Program-made: the position numbers and the translations under genes
Assembly: GCF_000150275.1 (NCBI RefSeq)
Contig: NW_002060946.1
Location: 2,561,454 to 2,625,453 of the forward strand
DNA length: 64,000 nucleotides
Direction: 5' to 3'
Origin: Trichoplax adhaerens
Taxonomy: Eukaryota > Animalia > Placozoa
Part shown: positions 15,101 through 28,884 of the stretch, in pieces
How positions within the stretch are numbered: the stretch's first letter is position 1
How the letters are laid out: every line of letters begins with the position of its first letter
The notes under the pieces: model-generated
What the model was told of the DNA's origin: nothing
Database searches by the model: none
Seen by the model: only the letters and a program-made list of their open reading frames with translations

Positions 15101-18100
15101 TACTTAATTATTAACCTACTAAGGAAAATGTATTGGATCTTTCGCTCTGATAAATCGTTGCAATTCGAGACCAATTAAAATATTTCATAATGGCTACACG
15201 CGGACGATTATAGTTGAAATCAGATGGCGTCATTCTAAATAATGTTTTATAGCGTTTGCGATCACTTAGAGATGGTGAGCCCGCACTATATGATATCTAG
15301 TAATATAAAAGAAAAAAATTAAATACGTTAAATAAGATCAAAGTTAAATTATTCTATCGGTTGTAACATGGGTAGGCTTATGCAGGTAACTAATATTAAA
15401 TAATAAATACAACAACCCGATAATGGTTAGTGTAACAGACGAAATAAAGGCAATATTGATCTCTTCAATCAATAGATCTCACTGTAAGAATCGCATAGAA
15501 GAAACGAATTAAGAACTACAATGAAAGCACTATGTGGAAATTTTCTCAAAATGAGATTGATTTCATAATAAAAGAGTGAAGATAGAAAATTATTAAAGTA
15601 ATAATTGGTATAAAATACAGTATAACCACAAGTTGGTCATATTCATATTGAATATACGCGGAACTTAAGTTTTGCTATTTCAGTTTCGTATCACAATAGT
15701 TAAATTAAATCTCAGATATGTTAAGACTTAATCGCAATATTGCAGATGATTAGATACGAATTTCATTCTTTAAAAGTAACATTTAGAGATGAAATATTCA
15801 AGTAGAAATTTTGCGTTAATTAGGAATATCATGATGGTCATAGTAGTAGCATGATAAATATTCTGAAATTATAGTAACTGACTAAACCACTCTTTAAAAT
15901 ATCTAGACGATGAATTTATCTTATTCGAGAAATCTTATATATCAACAGTTTCTAAAAATGAAAGTAGTAAATCTTCAAGCGATTCCATAGAGTATTCCAT
16001 TACAATTTTGCTAATATACGGCTAAGATTATCGATTCGGTATTCAATCGCTTTTAGTTTATGAATCTTTAAGATATGAATAAGTACTGTTATAACATCTA
16101 ATATTAGGAGACATTCGACGACTATAGCTGCTAAAACTATCCGTTCTAAATCAAAACTAGGCTAACTGTAGCGACACTTGAAAACTATTCAATATTACAT
16201 CAAAAAAGAAGAAATCCATACTAAGCCTCTAAAGTAAGGTAAAACGAAAGTTTAAAATCGGACAACATTTCTATCAATTGCCCTTTATGGTTTCCTATAG
16301 TAACAAATAAGAAAATACTGAACTTAAAGTTTTCCATCCGTAACGCGAAATTGATAGGATGGAAGACATTAATGAGAAAGCAAAAGTTGCTCAAAATCGA
16401 CCTAATGCAGCAGGATTAATCATCAGAAAAATTATGTTAATCTTGACAATATCTTATATGGAAATTGACTACCAAATCCAGCAGTAAACTAAAAATTGTG
16501 GTTGGAAATTGAAACTATTCATAAGCATTTGCTCTGATATCCGTTCCAAAATAAAATCGACCGCATACTTATTAATTATTAAATAGCATGATTAAAAAAT
16601 TAGGAAGTACTAAATTCAAAGATTTAAATTTATGATTGAATGACAGATATGAAAGGAAAATAAAAGTTGTTAAAAATTGACCTTTACAACACTGTAGGAT
16701 AAAAATCAGAAAATTGCAACTATATTAACAATATCTTTCTTGGAAATTGAATATCAAATCTAGGAGCAAATTAAAAATTGTGATTGAAATTGAAATTATT
16801 TGTAAGTATTCGCTCTGATAGTCCACTCTAAAATAGAAGCAGCCGGATATTTAAATGTTAAATAGCATGTTTAAAATTTAGGAAGTACTGAATTTAAAGA
16901 TTTAAATTTATGATGGAATCGCTGGCATGAAACGGAAAAGTAACATTTGTTCAAGATTGACCTCTGTAATATAGTGTGGTAAATCACTGAAAAATCTTAA
17001 ATGTGTTAATGATATACATTTTGGAAATTGAATACCAGATCTTGAAATAAACTAAGAGTTATGGTCTATATTAGAATTATTCACAAGTGCTTGCTATAAC
17101 CGTCTACTTTGGAATAAAAGTGGATAAATATTTAATATTAAATACTGCGTTAAATAATTTAAAAATGTAATAATAGGCTTTAAAAGTAAATTAATAAATT
17201 TAAAATTTATGATTTTGTTATTTTATTTTTTGATTGATCACGGAATAGAATTCATGCAACAGTTTAAAATATTCATAGCGTATGTTGAGAAATAAAAATA
17301 GACACCAAGTAATAGATCTAAAATTGAATAGTGTTCTCCTAATAATTTAGTTTAACTTAGATCCTTCTCGCCTATAATGTAGTGTATACTACTAAATACG
17401 GTACATTCTATTCTTAGTAAATTTAATTTCCACGTAGACTGTAACGTGACTCCTTACTTGTATAGTCTACATTTAACTATTCATACTGTGGAAATCTCTT
17501 ATACTCTAGCTTGATTGTATCGTAGAACTACCCTAATATAGAATTATGCTATTCTAAATAGTTATTCGTGTTTCGCGAATGATTTCCTTCTGCTGTGTGT
17601 CTTACATTATAAAAGCGCTAATCTTGCATCTATCTCGTTAGTTACTTCTACTAATTACATGGTAAGCTTACACGCTTTACCTGTTCTACATTACTATAGC
17701 TATTCGACTAGTCACATCGTTGTACGCGCTATAACCTCACACGGTTTTCCTCTCGCAGTAATACCAATGAACACTACTTCGACGCTAATTTAATGCTAGT
17801 AATTTAGTTGCGATTATGGCGGACCCTAAACCTTTCAAAACATTGTATATGTTAACTTGTACATTTACGGCTGGGAATCATTCAATGTTACAATGCTACG
17901 GCATCAGAAAGCGCTATGAGTAATATCGTTTAACGATTTTTAGTATTAATATTACTTTTTATAAATATCGATTGCTACGAATTAATGCATAGTAAAGTAA
18001 AGTTAGTAAAGTAACCTGTAAGATTTATAAATTTTTAACTTCAGTATTGTGAACAGAAATGGTCAATAGATCAATATACTTGCTTATCTTAGAACAATCA

Positions 18101-19907
18101 TAGCATTTACAATCACAGTTAATTATCTAACTTGCATGGCTAGTATAGTTAGTGTTTGTATGAAAGATCTATAGTTATCGTCTTTTAACTTCCATATTAT
18201 GATTAAAAAGGGTCAGTAGATTAGTATGCTAGCCCATTTTATGGTAATCGCTACATTTGTAATTATTGCTAATTATTCATTAATAGCTAAAGTAATTACT
18301 GATCATACAAAAGATTTTCTGGTAAATCGCCTATTGCTACTGTATCTACTGAAAACTGTATAATTATTCAAGCATTCATTTTTTGTAATCGCTGTAAAGG
18401 TATTAATTTCTATTTTAACTTAAGCAGACCTATTTATACTGTGATTTAATTAATATCAAACTGGGTATTTATACTTCCTAGCACGGAAGAATTAAAAATG
18501 CAGTAAATCGGAATCTTAAAAAAAATGAACGTGCATAATTGAGAGTAGTATCTTTCCAAGGTAATGTGTGGACAATATATTCTTAAAATTAAGAATTAAT
18601 TTTATTATTTCCTATTATTTACCATAACCAAGTTATAGAATGGTATAACTTCTGCAATCGGTTGAGTTGAGCTTGAACAGCCATCGCCAACGAGAAGAAT
18701 TTTGGTGACAGGATTTGTTATAGTTTTAACGAATAATTTAGTAGCAGCACCAGCCAGACACTATATCGTATAAAGTATAAGTATATGTAGATAAAATATT
18801 TAATACTTAAGAACAGTGTAATAAATTATAACGATATAGTTATTGCTAATTTCAGCCGATATTTGACGAAAATTGTCATATCAAGGAAATTTCTTAATAA
18901 TTATACTGATGGCCATGATATCTAGTGTTGACTTAATTAAGCAATCTCTGGATAGCTATCAGTATCATAGAAATATTAATTGTAAAAGTTATACACAAAA
19001 AAACGGGGATATTGATATTCTAGTTCGGCATTTAATAGTACGTATAGAAAAAAGTCGATGCAATTGGAGGTCAAATGAAATGCTTCAATTAATACTTTCA
19101 AATGTAGAAATAGCTAGACAATAATATTCAGGACTATTTTAAAGTAATCCTTTTATAGTCAACTACTATTATCACAGAAACGCTGCATACAATATCTTAT
19201 ATGACAACTACCATGCTCACGATGTCGAAAAATAATCGACTACTCGTCTATAAATTAGACTTTCATATGCAAATACGTATAGATAATTTCGGTACGCTTT
19301 CTAGAAAACAACTTAATATGCTTTAGAGTGATTCCACTACATAAAATGTTCAGTAAAATGGAAATATGTAAGATTGTAAACTATTCAAATATCAATTTTG
19401 TGTTAGTTAACTTTCTATGGATATAAAACTGAGGAAAAGAATTTCAGTTAAGTAGGACAAAATAATTTTATATTTATGATTAGTACAGATGATCATGATA
19501 ACTCAGTTGAAGACTTTTACTTGAATTAAAAATATTGTAACGGTAAAACCGTCATAGTCCTCTTTAAAGACTTTGAAATTTACTAAAATATTCAAAATAT
19601 CGTATTAACACAACGATGTTGTCATAGGATGAATGCGATTTGGATTTTTTCTCATTTATATTACACTTACGTGAGTATCACCCCAAGTGGCGTTTAATTG
19701 GTAATCAGGCAAAATATCTCGGCGCTGATTAATGTCGAAAAATCCCATTTGTAGGGCAGGTAAGATACCACTAGCTGACCAACCACCTGACAAAGAAACA
19801 TCCATTGGTATAAAGCCTCCCAAATGGAGCACTTTGTTCTTAGCGCATAAAGCTGCTATCGGTATTGCGGCCAGTAACACAAATTTAGAAAGCAGATAAA
19901 TTATCAT
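3182..19907 (-). CDS. GABA-B receptor-like class C GPCR, paralog A (~758 aa, 14 coding exons)
   Basis: Exons: 19907-19671, 18760-18623, 15296-15120, 12805-12698, 11376-11311, 10361-10170, 7748-7497, 7367-7304, 7132-7055, 6883-6727, 6594-6450, 4834-4721, 4620-4498, 3607-3182. All introns are GT-AG and the total is 2277 nt in frame. Signal peptide, Venus-flytrap motifs (GGFIP..GGW, GDGCSS, SYSAGSPSLSDRKRY..FR, FNWSRIATI, KDARIIV, GYD.TWA.ALALN, FEGVTG.V.F...GDR), no cysteine-rich domain, and a 7TM domain with KTFRIY and TRNV...LNDSK. Confidence 0.9.
3965..4425. repeat. Diverged tandem repeat, ~135-140 bp unit, about 3 copies (last intron of paralog A)
   Basis: Recurring GAATAAATTAAATTAT...ATTTC.TCAGATA...AAGTGATTTCT...ATAGATC blocks. 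Confidence 0.7.
14484..14715. repeat. Direct duplication, ~157 bp spacing
   Basis: CGTCTGCTAAGAGATGGAAAGCTCAA occurs twice with similar flanks. Confidence 0.75.
16300..17160. repeat. Diverged tandem repeat, ~281 bp unit, about 3 copies (paralog A intron 2)
   Basis: GGAAATTGA recurs at 16461, 16742 and 17023. TTAGGAAGTACT.AATT.AAAGATTTAAATTTATGAT recurs with the same period. Confidence 0.8.
17540..17860 (+). repeat. Interspersed ~300-bp repeat family 1, copy in paralog A intron 2
   Basis: It shares ordered blocks with 29780-30070: CTGCTGTG, ATTATAAAAGC, TCTATCTCGTTAGTTA, GGTAAGCTT.CACGCTTTACCT, TTCGACTAGTCA. Confidence 0.75.
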
Positions 19908-21944
19908 CACGGCGAACGCTATTTCCCCAAGAGAGTAATATTAATCAAAACCTGAAAGTTGAAGGACAATTTGATAGATTGATACCGGAAAGTTTATAAA
20001 TTGAAAGAAGAAATTTTTCTCTAATAATACTGTAACACACTATCTTGACGTATTTCTGACTTTCTTCCGATATGTTCACCTTTAATTTTTGCTGACAACT
20101 ACTTAAATACCATTATCTCGCTAACAGACACTGATATAGATAACTTATAGATATTCCATTTTACTTTAATTTTATAGACTGGAGTTTAAGCGTAGACAAT
20201 AGTAAAAGAGGAAGAAAGCAAGAATTGTTCGAAAAGTATAATTATTTTATGTACTAGTTGGGCATCCAATTCTGTATCATGTCACAAAATTAGATCATGT
20301 GCTAAGTTGAAGTGAATCAGTATTCTATTTCAAGATGTAAATATCATTAATAAGGTATAAAGCGTTAATAGATATCAATTACTCCATTACCACGTGATAA
20401 TTGACGAAAATTAGCGGAATATGGAAAATGGATATCACGAATAATTAAATTTCACTTCTACATTGGAGTAAGAACAATTTACGTTATTGATTGGATACTA
20501 GCACTATCAAATTAGGATATTGTAATGTTGTTGAGGTAGCGCAGATATTAAATTATAAATCAAGAATAAATGATTAATTAGGCTGTTAATCAATTACGTA
20601 CATGTTGATGAAATAAATGGAATAAAAGCTTAAAAATAGAACAATCTGCTCAGCTTTATTAATTTAGTTTTTGGTATTGCAGAGGATCAACATGAAAATA
20701 ACATTATAAAATAAATAGCTACTGAACATCCAATTTATTATCTTTTCATGACGGAGCGATTTGAGATGTTCAAGCTCGGAGATGTGCTAAAACGGTACAT
20801 TTTGAGATAATACAGATGATGCTTCAACTTAGAAATTTTAGCTTATTAAGGGAGCAGGTTGATTCCCAGATCATTTCTATTTCATAGCTAGCCGATTTTT
20901 TACCGTTAAATTACTTATCTGAATTATGCTCACAATGGGTAGAACTATTTCATAAACATACCTTTAATAATTATTTTGATCAAAGAATAATCGAAATTAT
21001 TGCAAGCCCTCAGATAGAAACATCAAGTTCAATCTGTCTTATATCCAATTTAAGATTTGTTTTTTACTGAATTAGCATGACAGGTGTAACGAGATAAAGC
21101 AATCTAAATCATTCAGAGATTCTTTATTATTGTAAAACTCTTTCTTGATGAATAATCAATTCTGTACCATCAATCGAATATCGTTTATGAGAATGAAATA
21201 CGCGTAGAATTGAATAGCAGCAATAATTAGAATAAGATTAAGATAGATTGATTCATTCAAGCCAGATAAAGTTTTAATTTCAACATTTGCATAAATTAAT
21301 GAATAAATAAATAAACAGTCTAATTTATCGATTAATGTGATGGATCTTGATCTATGCTCTGTTCTTCAACTTTTCGATGATCTTCAGTTCCTAATTCCTA
21401 TCAAATAATATCCCTAGTAACTTCTATGAAAGCATGAATATTCATATTTTTGCTATTCTTGCATTACAACTTCAATTTATCCGGCGTAAAGTAAGACCAT
21501 ATACGTATAATATTGCTAAAAGCAATGAATCGATCAACGTGGTATCCTATGTCGCTAGTCGTTTGATATGCGTTTAATTTGAGACCTATTTTAATGGGAT
21601 TATACTTGATCATAATAAAGAAAATACAAAATTATCCTTAAATGGTAATGTACCGGAAAGAATTTAAATAAAAAGCTTCGCAGTGACAATATTATGTCAA
21701 AATTCTTTTTCGATAAAATGAAGAGCGTTATAAAATACAATAGTTGTCAGTAAAGCCAAGTGTAGTAAAGGACTAAAAGTAGAGTCCTTTATAGCTTTTA
21801 ATATGTAACTAGTATTATTTCACTATAGAAAATACCTATAAAGTGATAGTGTCTTTAAGTTTTACCCTGCCAAATCATGTCGCCATCTTTTCTTCTTCAT
21901 TATTTTACAAGGTATCATGCTTATCTGCTATTATACATGATGAT

Positions 21945-22120
21945 GACAGTAGATAGCTATTACATACCTAGAGTTGTTATTTTGCGAGATATATCTAATA
22001 CTTAAATATGTACTATCATGTTTATCTAGTATTGCATACGATTATGCAGTAGATAGCTATTACGTATTTACTGCTGGTATTATGCAAAAGGTATCTACTA
22101 CCTAAATGTACTATCATGCA
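21945..22120. repeat. Tandem duplication, ~100 bp unit
   Basis: CAGTAGATAGCTATTAC...ATGTACTATCATG occurs twice. Confidence 0.7.
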
Positions 22121-22466
22121 TATAGAATTCTATTCAGACAAAATTCAAGCTTATTGTTAAGAATTCGCTTAAAACATAATTTGTTCCATGTAACACGTGG
22201 ACAATAGTGCTTAATTCGAAACTATTTAAATTAATGTTTTGTTCCGTTGAATTGTAGCTTAGTGCATTCTTTTAGTAAATAATCTTGTATCTCCAAATCT
22301 ATATTATGCAATTTACGTTATTGTCCTTTAATCGGAGAGCAGGATGAGCTTACATTACGGTTGTATAGAACTTACTTTGATAGTTCATACATAAGTAGAC
22401 TACATATTGTTATGTGCATATGATGAAAGATGGACATAAACAAATTTTAATATTCTTGTTAATGAC

Positions 22467-23157
22467 CTCTGTTTTAATTGTTGCTATTGTTGATTTTAGC
22501 CGATCAAATGCTGACCAAAGACTGAGATAGACGATATCAGTGAGGAGTAAGAGAATGACCAATTTGATCAGCGTCTTATCCAGTAATTACTAACAGAGGT
22601 TAACAGGTGAAATTGAATATTGAACATGTTACGTGTTTCTTTCTAATCTTCCTTACTACAGTTTAATGACATTCTAATGGTATTTAAACTTAATCTTACT
22701 ACCGCATGTATTATTAACATTTAATATTTCTGCAATATCATGATAAAGCTTAATATAACTCACTTTGCGTCTTGGCTTGGCAATAACACTGGAATAGATT
22801 AAGTAAATTCGGAAAGTTTTCAATACTAAAGCTGCATAGGCTGCAGTAAAACCCGCTGGCAGTAGCCACTTCCTCAACTACAAGCACATTATACGTTTGC
22901 TAAATTTAGAAACTCAAGTACAATTTAAATAGACGGTGATCTGTTTGCCTATGCATTTTTAGTAGGTCTATGAAGAAGAATTATACGTGCAATGAGTAGA
23001 TGCTCATAGAACCTCGCATAACGTCGTGGCAATCACACTATTTTTCCAAGCACTTTTATTCATTTCGTAGATACCGTATAAAATTAGGCTGGCTGATATA
23101 ACCATAGCACCAGAACAAACCATATATTTGATTCTTGGAGAAGTCAATTTTACTGAG
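22467..23157 (-). pseudogene. Truncated GABA-B-like GPCR paralog B (three 7TM exons, about TM2-TM4)
   Basis: Exons 23157-23013 (145 nt), 22877-22764 (114 nt) and 22589-22467 (123 nt) match paralog A exons 11-13 in size and phase and keep AG/GT ends (SPRI...LCE; LRKWLLPAGFT...KTFRIY...KPRRK; LLDKTLIKL...WS). The first codon of the third exon is TAA where A, C and D have AAA. I found no flytrap exons and no terminal exon nearby. Confidence 0.8.
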
Positions 23158-23849
23158 CTAAAATTAAATAATTTCAATGACATACTCAGGAACTAAAAAT
23201 TTGCACCATCATTAGTTATTAAGATAACTCATTGATTAAACTTTCTACAGAAACTATTTGCATAAGTTATATATTGCAAGATAACTTGTAGTTGGCGTTT
23301 TATTCTTCTTGAACTATTCTTGTACATACGAGTAAAATATGATTCATTTAGAAGCCTCAAATAGGCTTAAATGTGTTTAGATACAGTGATAGTTATTCGA
23401 TGAAATTGTTGCCTATTGCTGTTGATACTTATAAATTCAATATGATTACTGGCAATGCTTAATCCGTGATGTAATTCATGATATTTATTTATAATAAATT
23501 GTTTGCGGTTATTGCATAACTAGTCATATTATTTATTAGAATCAGCATAGTACTATTATTATTATATGCATGTAGAGGGCATTATAGACTCTTATATAAT
23601 AAAGTTCGATATCCTTCTAAAAAGTAAAGTGATTCAGTCTTTATCCTTATGCATTGTAGCTTCAAGATCGATCTCTTTTCGAACTATGTCCAAATAAGTT
23701 AAATTTTCCAATTATATAAGAGACAATTTTTTAGAAACAGCCTTAACAGATTGACTAATCAACACTACCTTGCCTACATGACATAATAATATTCATAGAT
23801 AAGTGTAATATCGTTTCCACAGTAATTTTAGTCCACAGAGGAATCCAGT

Positions 23850-24370
23850 ACTATAAAAGCTTTTTATTACAAGGTTCTAAAGAATAGTACAGCAATAATT
23901 AATTACTCACAAGAATCTAGTCTAAAGTAATCTGAGCTCAATTAGATATCAAATCTTTTTCCTCCTTTACGCTCAGATTTGTACACCTTATATACTTTTC
24001 TCTGAATCTATTTAAGGCAATAACATCGTCTACAATCAGACATGAATCATCACTACATTTTACAGTATTAATCAAACTGCTTACAATATTATTACTTTAC
24101 CATTAATGTCCAACACCGTAAGGTATTGGGCATCTTTACAATCTTAGTATTTCAAGTCGTATAACGTCCTGTACCATAATTAGTTAACAGCTATATTAGT
24201 GAATAACACTTTCTAATATAGTAGTTACCAGTCACCTAAATCTAGCAGCACAAGAATATCTATTTTTAGAAACTTAACTATTCTAAATATAGTACACAAC
24301 ACAATCAAATATAGCTATCGCTACAAGCAAATATAGGGTGCATCACTACAATAAGATCAGCATCAATGTT
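23850..24370 (+). repeat. Interspersed ~520-bp repeat family 2, copy 1
   Basis: Reverse-complement match to 30545-31090 (TTTTATTACAAGGTT, AGCAATAATTAATTACT, ACAAGAATCTAGTCTAAA, GGGCATCTT, GTACCATAATTAGT, TTTCTAATATAGTA, GGGTGCATCACT). Confidence 0.75.
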
Positions 24371-26149
24371 TATTTGTTTTGATGAAAGTTTCGTAGTCCG
24401 TTTTGTCCAACATTCTTGCTCAATTCGAGTAAATATTATCTATACCGATAAGAGCGAAAGTCTTTTTCTTATTGAAACTTACTTCTCCATCGAAATTGAC
24501 TTTTCCATGTTAGAGTGTGCTTACTGTTATTATAAACTGCAACAGGAACTATAGTTCCATCTGGATAGCAATTAAAGAACAGAAAAGCCAAGTAGTAAAA
24601 ATGACATCTTGGAATTCAGCTACAAGTCGATACTTATAATATAGACAAGAGTAGAATAGGTAAAGATAAAGTAAAACCTATAATCCTAAGGCTACAGAAA
24701 AAAGCAAATTATTACCCTTTCAATAGATTTTCCTTAAAAGGTCTAGTGACCAAAACTAATGCCTTATAATGGCAATGCTATAGTAAGGAAATCGATAAAC
24801 TTATTATCACTGTTATAAAATTTCGATTGTAATATTTGGCAAATATGTTTAATATACATGTTTAATCACGGACATTATCGCAGTAATAAATACATGATTG
24901 TGTATTACTGTTTAAAAAATGCACTCTAAAGGGTGGTTTTATAAAGTGGATAAGTTGTTTTCATTTTTAAAAGTGATCATATCCTGATCATTGACCTTTA
25001 TCTACATTTCTACTGTAGAGTAAAGTACGAATTGATAGTTTTACTCTCCGCGATATATTGCTATACTGCATTAGAAAGACAGAAAATAGGTTAATTTAAT
25101 GTGTTTAAACATGAAGACGTGTATTGTAATTGACAGAATTCACAATAGGAAAGAATAGTTTTCTTGCTCAATAGAAAATGAAATACAAGTAATAAAAATC
25201 AAAAACACAAGGTCTGTATGAAATAGAAATAGCTCTGTTTTCTAAAAATAATAAAGATCGAAAGTAAAATTTAGCATGAAGTGCAGAAGTTAATTTTTGG
25301 ATATAAACAAGTAAGTGACTGCCTTTTCTTATTGTAAAATATATTACATGAATCAGATATTAATAAAATTTATCGTATATTAATATAATACTTAATTCAT
25401 GATCTGTTTCAGTTTTGATTTTCTCTGGTACCGTTGATTAATTATTATAAGTTATAAACAGATATTGCAAATAATAATTTAATTGATGGGCGTTACTGCT
25501 GAATGATAAAAAAGTTAGCAATTATCAAGGATAGAAGTCTTTCAAAGTTTCTTACTTTTTCTAATTGATGATTGTAGATTATGTTAGCAAAAGTTCGTAG
25601 AATACTGTTCGATCTTTTCATATTGCGATGATACTGCTCCAATGTAAAATAGCTATTAATCACATACTAGAGCATATTATAAATTTATACTGTGGGGTTA
25701 TTAATTACGATAATAGACTAATTTAAGGTTATATCGAGAAACTTAAATCCGTATAAAATTATTAATAATGCAAGAGCTGGATAAATTGATAATGTTACAG
25801 TTGTCCTAGAGCCAATCAAATCGATATATTTAGCAACAATAGTTGCCAGTTAAAGGTCGATATCTAACTTATTCAATCTATTTACATACCTATATAACGC
25901 TACATCTAGCTTGTATTATCTGCATAAAAGGCTTCCGGCTTGTATCATTTCTGTAATAGAATTAAGCAATAATATAAGTAGACTATCTACAAATCAGACA
26001 GAATCACTAGAGTATGTTCAAAACGTAAATGTGAAATCACTACAGTTCAGTGAGTACTAAAACGTCATGATTTTAATGATACAAGTTTTTAAAAAGTTAA
26101 GTATTTAATATATTTGAATAGTTTTCTACGTCGAGAATTTTGAAAAGAT

Positions 26150-26297
26150 AAAACTCACATGAGGCTTTCTAACGCTTTAATTTCTACAGTGTAATTAACA
26201 TTCATAAGGAGAAGTTTAGAATAAAGACTCTCGTGAGACTTTTTTGGCGCTCTAATTTCTACGGTGTAATCAACAATCATAAGAGAAATCTAGAATT
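26150..26297. repeat. Tandem duplication, ~73 bp unit
   Basis: CGCT.TAATTTCTAC.GTGTAAT.AACA.TCATAAG occurs twice. Confidence 0.7.
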
Positions 26298-26484
26298 CGT
26301 ACACTATTATCCTATATTAAGCAGGATTTATAGATTAGGAAATATTTAATATAAAAATTGTATGGCGGTCATTGCGGTAAATTTAATAGTGAAATTTATC
26401 AAACGGAAAATGTCAAATAGAGGCAATGCCTTTATGTATCGACAGTTTTAATAAATAAAATAATAATATAATAATATATTAGCT

Positions 26485-26960
26485 CGCATATATGTAAAAC
26501 TTATATAGTAATATCTTCTTTACATCTGTAGATACTTCGCTATATTGTTGCTTATACGAAAGCTATGAAAATTAATCATTTTCTCTTCTAACCTTTACCA
26601 TTTCTTTTATATTACATAGAGAACGGAAATGATACACATAATATTACATTAGTTCACATATATGTAATACTTTTATAGTAGCATCTTCCTTAAGCCAGTT
26701 AATACTAAGGTACATTATTGCTTATACGAAAGTTACAATAATAAATCATTTCCTTTCCTAACCTTTACCATTTATTTTAGATTACATAAAGTACGGACAT
26801 ATTATACATAATAATTATACATTACTTCATATATACATAAACCTTATAGGTAGTATCTTATATCTGTAGATACTAAACTATATTATTGCTTACATAAAAG
26901 TTATAACAATTACCGTATTCATTTCTTTTCCTAACCTTTATCCTTTCTTTTATATTATAT
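26485..26960. repeat. Diverged tandem repeat, ~170 bp unit, 3 copies
   Basis: CTAACCTTTA recurs at about 26589, 26758 and 26930, each preceded by an ATT.TTGCTTA block. Confidence 0.8.
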
Positions 26961-28884
26961 GAAGAAACGACTGAATGGTATTCTCACGGAAGTGAAAACC
27001 TTTTTGACAGTAGGTAAAAAATGATTAAATTAAATTGTAAACAGCTAAAACTAGACACCATACAGTATTGCCGAATCACTTATTAATTTACCTACGGATA
27101 ATTCACTACCAGTATTTAATAGTGATGTCTTCAATTTTGCTTTAAGGGCCTATTTAAGATATTGTTGACAAAAAACAAAACTCTATACAAGATTAAAACG
27201 AAATTTTGTAATCGTAGACCTATTTGAAGTATCACTTAATAGAAGATTACACATTTAATAATGTTAGTAATGTAGTGTTTAAGAAATATAACCGACTTAG
27301 TTGCTATGGTCAGCATGGAAAAAAGCTACGGGTATAATTAAAGGCCTCGTAATGTGCTATAATGCAGCCTAAAAAAAGATTATATTCACAAATTAGATTG
27401 TTAAAGGTGCAGATAGTCCTTAATTAAAGAACTGATTTATACATTATTGTGTGATGGATTGAAAGTTTAACCAGAGATCAAAGTCATATCCTATTATTTT
27501 ACAGGCAATTTATCACCTATTTCTACGATCAAGACAATAACTTTTACTTTTTCACATGATTTAATGTATACATGATTCTAATAATAATTATTCTAGTGTT
27601 CAGTGTAGTTGCAGTTAGCCGTTCACATTAGCAATTGTAATAATTACTAATATTCATGCATAATAGTAATGATGATGTAACGAAAGTACTGATTAGTTCT
27701 ACAGCTTTATATAGCTTCAAGGTATAAAGACAATTTGATATTGTTCATGATTTTCTATTTAAATAGCAAGAAGATTTTCAGGATTGCAATCTACTATAAA
27801 ATTAAAGTATTGACCAGTTCTACTCTTCTACCTAGCTTTCGATATTTATAGAGGATCTGATAATGTTCGAACTCTTGCAGTTAAATAAGTATTACATATT
27901 CATCATATCTAATAAGCTTATGATATAGTTTAAAATAGTGCTATCACGAAGGCTGCAATATTAAAGAAAATTTGATCATATTGATGCTCTTGTAGTTCAA
28001 TTTTTACTACATGCGTACCTCCAAATAGAGTTATTGGTACTCGTATTTACTGATAATAAGCTTTTAACGAAATCTTAAATAGCTCTTCCTTATAGTATAA
28101 CTTTAAAATGTAAAGATAATTCGATAATGTAGATGTTCATGCAGTGAAATAGTCAGCATGCGTTAAGAATTGCAAAGTTACTCTCACTAGCTGTAATGAT
28201 TTCAGCTAATTGTAGTAGTATAGTAGGTGGCTAATAGGATGAAACGGCATACTTATACTGTTTCTAGTAGAAGACTGGGATTTTCCAGTTAAGGCCGTAT
28301 TTGACGACCAAATATAGGATTATGTAGACTGTCTTCCATATAAGAGTTTGTAGTAGTATTTACTTCTAAATACAGTATAGTCTATTTTGAGTAAAAGTAT
28401 CAGTTTTCACTAGACTGTAGCATAATTCTAACACTGTAACATAACTCTAAATATGTATGATCTATATTTATTAAAATAGTATTCGTTATATCGCTAAGGG
28501 TGGCCACTGGGCCTCTAAATTTTGATTTGATGTAATATTGCGATGAAAATTGAATAAACATAGAATCTTTATAGAGTTTTCTACTCAGCCATTTTGATTG
28601 TTATATTTTCTTATAACGGTTGCTATCGACAGAGCAAGCTTTGCTTGCATACTCAAGCTATCCTTAGATACATTAGAATGATTGGTATAGAATTGACCAC
28701 AGTACTAAGGACATTGTACCGCACAGTTGTTATCTTACAGTACCTGCTAATCTTAACTTGGTATAGCCATCACCGCACATTAGTTATCATAATGTGCTTT
28801 GGACCATTAACTAATCTTAATATAGCATTTCATCCGTGAATGCATTATTGAAAAGTAGTATTCTACAAGCATTACTGTGAATAA

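Noticed and set aside
19945-20000. TATAAA and TTCAGGTTTT upstream of paralog A (similar motif at ~55975 upstream of D)
   Set aside because: It could be a core promoter or a 5' UTR splice acceptor, but it is not clearly present in C and is not distinguishable from chance at this AT content.
9146-20860. TTAAGGGAGCAG at ~9145 and ~20846 as Kolobok/piggyBac-like termini
   Set aside because: I could not find matching opposite ends, and TTAA-GG is frequent by chance in AT-rich DNA.
21660-21790. Possible remnant of paralog B terminal exon
   Set aside because: There is only a short TCGATAAAAT match to paralog A, with no TRNV/LNDSK/TGPLR motifs in any frame.
16300-26960. Tandem repeats as a CRISPR-like array
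   Set aside because: The context is eukaryotic, the units are 70-280 bp whole-unit duplications without unique spacers, and there are no cas genes.
27293-27368. Possible decayed TM1 exon of pseudogene B (minus strand, VAFFHADHSN resembling VVFFYANHKY)
   Set aside because: It is only 76 nt with stops and frameshifts, and it lies within a TTAA-flanked segment (27143-27423) that could be a transposon remnant. The similarity is too short to trust.
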